Assembly: GCA_035221665.1 (NCBI GenBank)
Contig: CM069133.1
Span: 35,526,001 to 35,590,000, forward strand
Source: Okamejei kenojei
Lineage: Eukaryota
Direction of reading: 5' to 3'
Length of the DNA stretch: 64,000 bases
Below, one piece after another: positions 24,990 to 36,329 of the stretch; position 1 is the first letter of the stretch; each line of letters opens with the position of its first letter. A model generated the notes under the pieces. That model ran no database searches and was not told where the DNA came from. It was given only the letters and a program-made list of their open reading frames with translations. The translations under genes and the position numbers were made by a program.

Positions 24990-26869
24990 CTGAAGAGAGA
25001 GTGAGAGAGGTCAAACAAGACTCCAGCAAAGAGAGTGAGAGAGTAGTAATGGAGGCGGCTCATTTATAGTGGTGATAATGTGTCGCTAAACAGCGGAATT
25101 ATTCTGAAGGAAGTGATGGTAATGCATGTGTGAAAAAAGGGGAGAGGAGGAGGGGGGATTCCACTGATTCCGATGGGGAACAATTTATTCTCATCTTCAA
25201 GCTGTTTAATCTACGCATTAAAAGAACATTTACAAATGCATTCTGCGAGGATATGTTTCATATATATCCTGCATCTGCATATCCTAACACTGGTCTACAC
25301 ACTCGAGCCGAGTGCCTCTTCACCGCACTCTCTCGACACCATTAATATGTTCATTGTGCAAAACGCAAAGGGATGGGGTAAGGCGGTGGGTGTGGAAGCA
25401 TCTGTGGAGGCAATGCACAGGAGATGTTTTGGTCGGGGCCCTTCAGAACGATTGCATTGAGCAGAGAACGCGGGAAGAGATTCGGGGCGGGGCAATGCCT
25501 GACAAGTGATAGGTGGACCCATGTGGGGAGTGTGTTAATTATTGATTTCTCAATTTGCTTTAAAAAGAACAACGCTGCCATCAGTTCTGCAGATGGAACC
25601 TCACCCAGACCCCATATAATGATACAGTGTTAAGATATTCTTATTGTCGTACACAAATAATCTCCTAATACAAATTAACTAACCAGAACAATTCTGTTCT
25701 CTTGCACATCGGCCCGTCGGCTTTCAGTGGAACATGCACACACTGCAAGATCGCTCTGATCATCTCCAGTGGCCCAACTTCTCACAGTTAACCAATACTC
25801 TGCTTTTCCGTTTAGTTCACCCATGTGGCATATTTCACATTTAATCTCATTTTTAATTTAATTTAATTTAGCTTATTATCACGTGTGCATAGGTACAGTG
25901 AAAAACTTTTATCTGCCGCGTTCCCACCCACCATCCGGCCTGCCCATATTCACTGAACCTTCTTTACATCATGCTACCCACCCTGAGTCTCACCCTCTCT
26001 ATTGTTATCCGTCAGATTGTAACTCCGTCATTTCAACATTCAGTCAAAACACTAATACATTTGGGGACTAAATAGGGCCGCGGCATTGCACGCTATGGTA
26101 TCTCATTGGCCACAATTGGTCAACCTGCGAGAGATGCGTTTATTCCCAACTTGCCATCTCGTCCGAGAACCAATATTCAATCACTGGCGCATGGTACCCC
26201 ACGACTGACTACTCCGGATTTATGATTGTTGACCAATCTCCCATGCGGGACTTGACCGAGATCCTTCTGAAAATCCAAACACCCCACATCAATTAGCCTT
26301 CATCAAGTCTACTCATCACATCTTGCATAAATCCACGCTGAACATAGAACATAGCAAACCGGAGCACATGAACCGGCCCTTAGGCCCACAATGTCTGTAC
26401 CATATATTATGCCAAGCAAAACTAATCTCGTCTGTCTGCACGCACGATCCATACCATCCTTTTCCCTGCATATCCATGTGCCTATCTAAAAGCCTCTTAA
26501 ACGTCACCAACGTATCTGCTTACACCACCACCCCTGACAGCGCGTTCCAGGCACCCACCACTCCCTATGTAAAAAACTTGCCCCGCACATCTCATTTAAA
26601 CCGTTCCTATTTCACGTGCAACCTAAGCCATCTAGCCTTTGTCTTGTGTTCTACTATTCCATGCTTCATTATGAGGTTCAGTTTTCAAGGTTTGACCGAG
26701 ATCTTTCATAGCAATTTGCGGAGCAGACTACACCTTGGTTTAACAGGTCCAGGTCAATGTAGTTACTGCTGGGTGTGGCAGCCAAGATCCAGCCCCCTGG
26801 TCACTGATCTTCAACTCCCTCCCTCTACACCTTCGCTGTACACAGCAGAATTTGGCGATGGTTTCTTAC

Positions 26870-27249
26870 CGGGTGTAACCCGCAGCCGGAGCTCACGCTG
26901 GTACTGATGAATAAACGGAGGGTAGAAAATATAAAGGTATTTTGCATCCGTTTTCCTGATCTGCACCAGACACAGGTAGCCGTGACTGACTCCACACGCA
27001 GCTGCTTTATCCTGGTGGAGGCGTTTCCCCGTTCTGGATTGCCGACCAGCTCGAACAGAGTTGCACCGTTCTCCGCCGCCCAGGATCCATCAGCTTGGGG
27101 TCTGAACGTGACGATGTGTCGGTAGGGATCCTTCCTCACCCATGTGACCGCGAGAGGGGCGTGCTTGAGCTGAGGCGGTTGGAATACACATGATAATGTA
27201 GCCGAAGCCCCCTCAGTCCCTGTCACCGCTGAGACATTCCCGCCGGAAG
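26870..27249 (-). pseudogene. Gene A second Ig V-set exon, 1-nt deletion near 26990
   Basis: cttccctcag| acceptor and CCC G|GTAAG donor; SATLSCVF..VTWVRKDPYRH..FELVGNPERGNASTRIKQL, then out of frame YLCLVQIR; 380 nt. Confidence 0.88.
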
Positions 27250-27294
27250 CTGAGGGAAGCACAGACACCGGAATGTATCAGCGTTCAGTGGATG

Positions 27295-30200
27295 AATAGT
27301 AAGATTAAACGAGAACTTACCAGTTTGAAGTTTGATCTTTATTTTATGAGGAGTCGAGTTGAGGGACTACGTGAATAGAAGCCCGTACAGCCGTTGGTGC
27401 GTCAATCTTCAAAGCAGCGGAATGAATTCACAGCTAACAATGACCGAAGTATAACGGTAAGATAATAAAACTAGAACTACCAGATGAGATCTATGAGGGT
27501 GGGAGCGGAGGGCACGTAGTCCCTCAACTCGACTCCTCATAAAATAAAGATCAAACTTCAAACTGGTAAGTTCTCGTTTAATCTTACTATTTTACTTCGG
27601 AGTCACGTGAGTGACTACGTGAAGACTTCAAAGCACTGTGAATTCACGCCGCAGACTCAAATCCGACATTCACACTGCCTGGATTGACTCAAAAGTCGTT
27701 AACAATCAATCATGCATCAGTAATACATTTGTTAAATGAAACAACAGTTTATTTACAAACAAATCATAACAAACCCCTCTAACTCAGGGGGAAAGTGTAA
27801 CAGTACTGACACCAGAATCAGCAAACACCCCGAGCCTTGAAATCGGCTTGTGATAAAACCTCTGAAAAGTTAGCTCACTGGACCATCCTGCGGCCGCGAG
27901 GACATGGTCTATTGGCAAGTCCATCGCCCTTGCCGCGGAAGTTGATGCCGCCCTGGTGGAATGAGATTTGAATTTATCAGTATCAATTCCAGCACTTGCC
28001 AGGACCCACTTTAGCCACCTTGAAATCGTTTGCACCGACACCTTACTGTGTGTTTTTTTGTGTAATAAACAAAGCCAACTCTGTTCCTCTCAGAGGTTTA
28101 GTAATCTCAATGTAACGAGATAAATGTGAGACTACACAGAAGCGATCATCTGCGGGGTATGCTGAAAACACAATCTTACATCCTGTCATGCCTCTTCTAT
28201 TATGTTTAAGCAAATCATAGACATAAAATATAATGGCATCAGCCGACACATGCATTCTATCTAGCCGTAGCTTTTGCAACATTTGTACACGTTGAGCTGA
28301 AACCAAACGCCATGAGCATGTCCATCCTTCATAGATAATTTGGCTACTGATAGGTTTGTAACCGGAGCCCACTGGCGAAGAACCATAAAAACCTCACTCA
28401 CATTCCAAATACCGGCATACCTGGGTTTAGGAGGATTAAAATTGAAAAACTCCCTTCATGAATCGTGAAACTAACGGACGTGTCCCTACTGTATGCAATT
28501 CTGCATTCATAGGTAAATAAGAAGACAGAGCACTTCTGGCTGAATTAATCGCACTGTAACTTAATTTTTTTTTTTTGGTCAAAATAAAGAGTTGACAAAC
28601 TCCAATACATCCGTGATCCCTGCAGTGTGATGTACAATATTCTGCTGTAGGCAGAATTGCTCCCACTTCCTTATATAGGTGATATATTGCTGCTGTGTAC
28701 TATCCCTGCAGGCCGACGTGAGAACATCCACAGTCCGATGAGACAGTCCTCTCCCCAGGTATGGCCTCCTTAAAATCTGCAAATTAACAGATCAATACGA
28801 TCATATAAAGGATGTTGATCCCCAGTGACTGGATTTACCAGTAGATTTTTATTCTTGGGCATAAGCATGTAAGGCTCCCTAGCCATTTGTAATACAACGG
28901 GAAACCATGCTCGTGTAGGCCAATCTGGCACTACCAATACCCCTGAAGCGGAGTCCTCCTTGATCTTTTGCAAACATCTGCTGATGAGACAGAATGGAGG
29001 AAATACATACACAAACATTCCTCCCCCAATGCAGCGAAAATGCATCCACTGCTACTACCCCAAGATCTGGTTACCATGAAACATATCTATGTAACTGATG
29101 ATTTAATCGAGATGCAAACAAGTCAATATCTGGCAATGCATACTGATCAATCATTTGGTTAAATACATCCTGATTTAACATCCATTCAATGTTGTCATTA
29201 AACTGACGTGACCTCTTCCTGGCAAATAAAGTGCTGAAAGCCAGATATTTTGGTCAATACACCAGCTCCAAATCTGGTTAGCCAGTCTATCACAAGACTG
29301 TGACTTAACTCCACCCATGTGGTTTACATATGCCACTGCTGTGGTGTTGTCAATCTGACCTGCACATGCAGACCCTCCTTGTAGAACAATAAGCTTTGAG
29401 CCCATACCAGTGCCCAACAACTCTAAATAATTAATCCCTCTTAATTGAGGAAGCGATGTCTCATCCACATTCCATCTGCCTCCACAACTAGAAGACATAT
29501 CTGTTGCAACCCAACCCAATGCACTTACATTAGTCTGTAATATCAGTGACGGTGATTCCACCAAAACCTTCCTTAAATTTTTGAAAACATGTACTATCCA
29601 CCATTGTATGTCAGCAATCGCCCCAGCTGACAACTGCATAGGCCTATCAAAAATGGCCCCTTTGTATTCTCAGTGCCTGTTCCTTTGATCGTTGTAATTG
29701 TTGATAATGCAGAGGACCATACTGCACAGCTGGAAAGGCTGCAAAACTTCCCAATAAAACTGGCTACTTGTCTAATCGAAGGCCGTTGTTCTCCAACGAG
29801 ATTAACACAGTCCTCAATTAACTGATTCCATTTATCCCTGGGCAAAGTTACCAACATGTGATTGGAATTAATGGTAAATGCCAGATAATCAATAATTTGG
29901 ACTGGTGATAATTTAGGTTTATCTGGGTGAATGACAAATCCATTTTGTTCAAAAGTGATTTTAACAACTGAAACTGATGATTGAGTTTCAGCATGAGTCT
30001 TTTCAACAATCAGAATATCATCTAAATAGGCCATTACCACATGCCCCTGAGCTCTAAGTAATGCTAACACAGGTTTTCCCCAATTTAGTAAATAATCTAG
30101 GAGCTGAAGTTAATCCATTCGGCAATGTCCTGAATTGCCACAGCTCAGTCATCCAAATAAATTTCAAATATCTTTCTATCATCACCATGAATAGACACTG

Positions 30201-32065
30201 TGTAATACGCATTCTTTAAATCAATGGTTGCCCGGACACTGGTAAAGGTCTCTCCATTTTGAAATGCCTATAACAAACAAATTTGTTCAAATTCGATAAA
30301 TCCAGAATAATTCTACATCCCCCAGTCTTTTTAGATCTGGGAAATATACTTGACAGAAATTGTTGACTTTGATAGACAGAAGGCTCAATTACCCTTTCTT
30401 ATGTAACGACTGAATCTCTGCTTGAATAAGCACATTTTCCTCATCTGAAAAATAAGTTTACGACTAGGAAAATGTTGATTAGGTAGACTGTCCTTATAGT
30501 AAAATCCAATTTTTCACCCCTTCAATACACTAAGTATGAACAAATCTGATGTCAACTGCTGCCATTGTTTGAGAAACAATTTTAACCTTCCCCAATTTGA
30601 ACAGGAACATCAGTTAATTCATCGTCTGTCAATGTTATATTCCTTACCAGCATCTTTCCTTGCGGCCTTGTTGTCCTCGACTTCTTGTAGAGAACCTTTT
30701 TTGCCTTGCTTCCAGCTGGCTTAATGAGGGCCATGGTTATAACAACCTCATGAACAGTCTTTGACCGTTTTTGCAAGGTTACCACCAAACAACAGATTTC
30801 GTGGTGGTACACTGGTCGGTTTGCACAATTCGCCAAATTCGGGTTAGCACTGGCCTAATAGCGGCCCTCCCGATATTATTAATTTCAAAATGCATTACAA
30901 AGGAGTCCCAGTTCATCCTGGTGTGCTTCAACCATATCGTGTTTGTATCAATAACTTTCACCACAGCTGTAATACCTGCTGAGAACAGTTTAAACACTTT
31001 TTTAAACTTCATCTCCTGGGTCCTAGCAGGCAAACCCATCTATGACCAAATTTGGTGATTAACCACCGGTACCTTCAGGAGATCACAATTAACAGGAGCT
31101 TTATAGTTTTTTGCTACTTCATCCATAGCTAGCTCCTGTAACTGGTGGGAGAGCATATACTGAATTGGCTTCGCCAATTCTACATCAATCGCCTTTCCTG
31201 CCTCTCTACACTCAGCAAAACTTCCCAGCAATGTTCGGAATTACCTCCAACCGAACACCTTTACTGCTCTCCCCCAGCATAGAATCAGTGTCAGCAAACT
31301 GCACTGATAGAACATCCTCCTCACAGGCAGGATAGTTCTGCAGCCCTGAAACAGGTGCTGCTAGCACAAGCTCTCCATCAGCCTGGCTTGGGCACCACTC
31401 CTCCTCACAGAGCTGGTCCCTGTCGAGCATTCTTTTGTAATAGAATCTCGACGTGGGAGAGCCGTGAGCAAACGGACTCTCCTATGGAGGGTATAACCTC
31501 CAGGCCCGACTCATTTACGGGCCACAGAGACTTGCCAGTGGCCTTCCACCCTACTGACAAGCCTCCACTGCCCCCCGGCAGTGGGTCCGCAACCACTGGC
31601 TGTGTAGCCAGCACCGGACCAGGTGTACCAGACGGGCCTCCATCCTCAACACTCTCCTGGCCACTTTTCCTTTCTACCCCCGGAGCGCCTCGCCGACAAC
31701 TTCTTCACTTTCTGCAACATTCTCTAAGAACCCCAAACCGTCGCAGAAAATGACATGTGGTAATTTTTTAAAAAAAATCTTACCTCTTTCAACTTGTTTA
31801 ACGAAGAACTGCAAATGCTGGAGGATCGAGGGTGAAGTCTGAAGAAGGGTCTCGACCCGCAACGTCGCCCATCTCCCTCGCTCCTTAGATGCTGCTGCAC
31901 CCGCTAAATTCTCCAGCTCTTCATATAACCCGCGGTTTAAACTTACCGCTGGGAGGAGCGCTGCTGCTCCAACCGGCCGACTGCACCAGCGTCTGACGTC
32001 ATAACGCACCAACGGCGGTACGGGCTTCTATTCACGTAGTCACTCACGTGACTCCGAAGTAAAAT
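27295..32065 (-). mobile_element. DIRS retrotransposon #2, complete termini, ORFs decayed
   Basis: Termini AATagtaagattaaacgag... and ...cacgtgactccgaagtaaAAT; ICR at about 27512-27630 contains the circle junction cttactATTttacttcggagtcacg; YR 27784-28782 (HSTRAASTS), MT about 28770-29180, RH/RT 29175-30560 (YLDD), gag about 30580-31750. Confidence 0.94.
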
Positions 32066-32169
32066 TGTCTTATCATTCTAGCAAGTCTCCACCATCTCCA
32101 TGAATGTTTGTTCGTCTAATTCCAGTTCAGATTTAGGTGCCCTTAGAATAACCCCAACAAAGTCTACAA

Positions 32170-33477
32170 AAGCTGCGTATAGATTGGGCCAACCAAATTG
32201 TTAACAACGCTGGGGAGGAGTATTTCCTCGAATGTATGTATACAGGGCAGTTGTTTAAGCCAATAGAAAACAACGACTAGTGGGCAGGCCATCCTGGACT
32301 GGGAATTGTGTTGATGAAGGAATAGTTAGTAATCTTGTTGTGCTCTGCCCCTTGAGCAACAGTGACCATAATATGATGGAATTCTGCATTAAGATGGTGA
32401 GCGACACTGTTAACTCACAGACTAGGGTCTTGAACTTAAAGAAAGGAGACTTTGACGGTATGAGACGTGATTTGGCTGGGATAACTGGCAAATGTTACTT
32501 AAATAATGACAATGGAGATGCAATGGCAAAGATTTGAAGATCACATAGATGAATTACAGTTGTTCTTCCCGGCCTGGCGTAAAAATAAAACGGGGAAGGC
32601 GGCTCAACCGTGGCTATCGTGGCAAATTAAGGATAGTGTTAAATTCAAGGAAGGTGCATATAAATTGGCCAGAGGAAGCAGCCAAGAGGAGGTCAAATGG
32701 GTTAATTCAGAGGGGCAAAATAGAGCTGAAAGAAAGCTTGCGGGGGATATAAAAACGGACTGTAAAAGCTTTATTACATATGTGAAGATGAAAATATTAG
32801 CGAAGACAAATGTTGGTCCCTTAACATCAGAGACACGTGACTTTATAATGCGAAAGAAGGAAATTACAGAACAGTTAAACGTGTAGTTTGGTTTTGTCTT
32901 CGCTAAGGACGACACAAACAATCTCCTAGAAATACTAGGGGGGCAGATGATCTTGTGGGAGGGAGGAACTGAAGGGAATCCACATTAGTCAGGAAATTGC
33001 GTTATGTAAACTGTTGGGCCTGAAGGCAGATAAATTCCCAGAGCCTGATGGTCCGCATCCCAGAGAACGCAAGGAGGTGGCCCCAGAAATCATGGATGCA
33101 TTGGTGATAATTTTGCAATGTTCTCTCGACTCTGGATCAGTTTCTGTGGACTGGGGGGTTGCTAATGTAACTGTACTTTTTAAGAAAGGAGGGAGAGATA
33201 AAGCAGGTAATTATAGACCAGTTAGCCTTACATCGGTAGTGGGGAAGATGCTGCAGTCGATTATTAAAGATATAGCAGCGCATTTGGAAAGCAGTGACAG
33301 GATCGGTCAAAGTCAGCATTGATTTATGAAGCGGAATAATGTTCTGGAATTTTTTGAGGTTGTAACAAGTAGAATGGATAAGGGAGAGCCAGTGGATGTG
33401 ATATATCTGGACTTTCAAAAAGCCTTTGACAAGTTCGCACACAAGAGATTAGTGTGCAAACTTAGAGCACATGTTGT

Positions 33478-33511
<34 letters not shown>

Positions 33512-34545
33512 GGGGGGGGATAGCGTATTGACATGGATAGAGAACTGGTTGGTAGACAGGAAGCAAAGAGTAGGAATTAATTGGTCATTTTCAGAATGGC
33601 AGGCAGTGACCAGTGGGGTGCTGCAAGGCTCGGTGCTGGGACCCCAGTTATTTACAAAATATATTAACGATTCAGATCAGGGAATCATGTAACGTCTCCA
33701 AGTTTGCGGATGATACAAAGCTGGGTGGCATAGTGAGCAGCGAGGAGGATGTTATGAGATTTGGATATGATGGGTGAGTGGGCAGATGATGGCAGATGCA
33801 ACAAAATGTGGACAAAGGTGAGATTGTCCACTTTGGTAGCAACAACAGGAAGGCAGATTATTCTCTGAATGGCGTCAGATTAGGAAAGGGTAGGTGCAAC
33901 GAGACCTGGGTGTGCTTGTACACCAGTCACTGAAAGTACGCATGCAGGTACAACTGGGATTGAAGAAAGCTAATGGCATGTTTTTTGAGTTTTTGAGCAA
34001 AGAGATCCTACTGCAGTTGTACAGGGCCCTGATGAGGCCACACCTGGGGTGTCCTATGCAGTTTGGGTCTCGTAACTTGCTGTTGAAGAAGTGCTGTGCA
34101 GGTTCAGCAGGTTGATTTCCGGGATGGCGGGACGGACATATGAGGAAAGAATGGGTCGATTGGGCTTGTATTCCCTGGCAATTGTATTCCCTGGCACATT
34201 CTTAAGGGATTGGACAGGCTAGATACAGGAAAAATGTTACCGATGTTGGGGTATTCCAGAACCAATGGGTCACAGTTTAAGATTAGCGCTTACACTATTT
34301 AGGACTGAAAACACGTTTTCACCAGAGAATTGTGAAACTCTGGAATTCTCAGCCAATGCACTAGAGGTTTTCAGGAGAGAGTTAGAATTTGCTCTTAGGG
34401 CTAAATGAAATAAGGGATAAGCGGACAAAAGCAGGAACGGGGTGCTGATTTTGGATGATCAGCTATGATCATATTGAATGGCAGTGCTGGCTTGAAGGGC
34501 CGTATGGCCTACTCCTGCACCTATTTTTCTATGTTTCTTTGTATG
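32170..34545 (+). mobile_element. Degenerate 5'-truncated CR1 LINE (gene A intron 2)
   Basis: SDHNMMEF, GNYRPVSLTSVVGKML, DVIYLDFQKAFDK, QGSVLGPQLF and a tttctatg tail. Confidence 0.9.
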
Positions 34546-34789
34546 TTCCTTAAGTGAGCAGCTTCTTGCTTCTCAGCTGCAACCATTAGGCCCCATTGGA
34601 CCATCGCTGAATAGTGATCTCCAAGACCACTGCAATGTGTTCTCTGCTATCAAAAATAGAATTCCCTCCTCCTCTCTTCCCTCCCTCTCTATCAAACCAT
34701 TGGCGCCTGTTTCATGGAGCGTCGAGCTGCTAGTTCTGTCCCTCCCGTAGTCATGTTTCTGCCATGTCTATAACATTCATTATTTTAGG

Positions 34790-34970
34790 GCTTCAAGGTG
34801 GTATAGTGGTAGAGTTGCTGTATCACAGCGCCAGGGACCCGGGTACGGTTCTGACTAGGGGAACTGTCTGTATGGATTTTTTAATTCTCCCGTGACCGCG
34901 TTGGGTTTCCCCGGGTGCTCCTGTTACCTCCTACACTGCAACGACGTAGAGGTTTGTAGGTTAATTTGTA
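34790..34970 (+). mobile_element. HE1-like SINE fragment
   Basis: ggtggtatagtggtagagttgctg..ctcccgtgaccgcg..aggtttgtaggttaattt. Confidence 0.7.
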
Positions 34971-35125
34971 GCTTAACATTGTGCAGCGGTATTCACTGGA
35001 AAGGGAGTAAGAGGGGAAACCTGGCGCTTCACACCGAGACGTGCTTGATCAACATTTATTGATCATCAGCACGTCAGGGAAGCGTTTGACCCGTGCGATC
35101 TGGGCACATCTACATTATTTCTCAC

Positions 35126-35512
35126 ATTTCACAGTCAGGCGCGTTGGGACCACAGCGTGAAAGAGTCCAATATTGAGGTGCACTTGGCACCGAAACCTAG
35201 CACCATCGTCCTCCCGGCTCACTCGTTCCACCATTATCGAGACATCCATCTGTCTGAGGTTCCCTGCGAATCTGAACCGACTCCTTCCGGCCTCTTGTGT
35301 CACTTCATCGCACCGGGAGCAGCCGGGACCGGGAAATGTACAGTTATAAACAACGCTCTCAGCTCCGGATTTTCGCTTGTGCCACAGCACGGAGCCGGTG
35401 AGGATGTGATCGGTGGGTAGGTGGGTGAATGCACACGGCAACACAGCGGAGGCCCCTTCCATGGCAGACACCTTATCTGTACCGGATATTGTCCAACCAT
35501 TGGACGAAAAAG
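35126..35512 (-). pseudogene. Gene A Siglec-15-like N-terminal V-set exon (open frame, essential Arg replaced by Gln)
   Basis: (ct)n-gtag| acceptor and AAA T|GTGAG donor; 387 nt, phase 1-1; WTISGTDKVSAMEGASAVLPCAFTH..VYNC..RFRFAGNLRQMDVSIMVER..FRCQVHL. Confidence 0.9.
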
Positions 35513-35513
35513 C

Positions 35514-35517
<4 letters not shown>

Positions 35518-35562
<45 letters not shown>
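35518..35562. repeat. (GA)n microsatellite forming the polypyrimidine tract of the gene A V1 acceptor
   Basis: agagag run abutting the acceptor; the gene B V1 exon has a (CT)n remnant at the same position (55006-55034). Confidence 0.9.
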
Positions 35563-35566
<4 letters not shown>

Positions 35567-36329
35567 GTCCCTGGAATGCTAGAACAACTGGGGAACAGAT
35601 CCTGCAGTTTCAGAGCCACACTGCCTGGTGTGTAGTCACAAGTGCTACCATTAGATGCCCGTGTGCCTGACTTCTACAGTAACATTAGAGGAGTGGGTTC
35701 CAGACCGCGAGATATTGGGGGTGGGGGGGAGGGGTGATATTTGCAGATCGGGGTGGGAGGGGCGAGGAAGGGCGGTGATGGAGGGGGCTGGGGGGAGGGG
35801 TGCCAACAGCAATGTATAGTCAGCAGATAGCGATAGGGATCCAATTCTGGGGCATGGGGTGGGCTGTCTATAATTCGTGTCTGAATGGGTCGGTCGTCTA
35901 TATAAATACCATTGTAATTTTTATTGGAGGAGCATCGATATTTGAACATTTTGTAAACCAGCTTTGGTACAAACGCGTTTCTGGAACTCAGTGACAGTAT
36001 AGTTACAGCAGGAAAATGGGGCATTCGGCCCCTTCCTCTATAAAAGAGCAATATTATCATACCTAGTCACCTGGACCAATAGACCCGCAAATGCCTTTCT
36101 TTCTGAGGCATTCCTCATTCCCTTAAAACGCTGCATTTTTATCACTCAACCCTTTCCTCCCCCAACCCCACTTCCATCCGGCCCTATGTTGCAGACCAGT
36201 GAGGAACATTGTTTCTTCGCAATGGTTTGACCAATCGCATTAAATCTGTAACATTTTCTTCTTCCCGTCGCCGATGTGAACAACCTCACTCTGTTTTACA
36301 CCCTTTACAATTGTACATGCCCCAATCGT

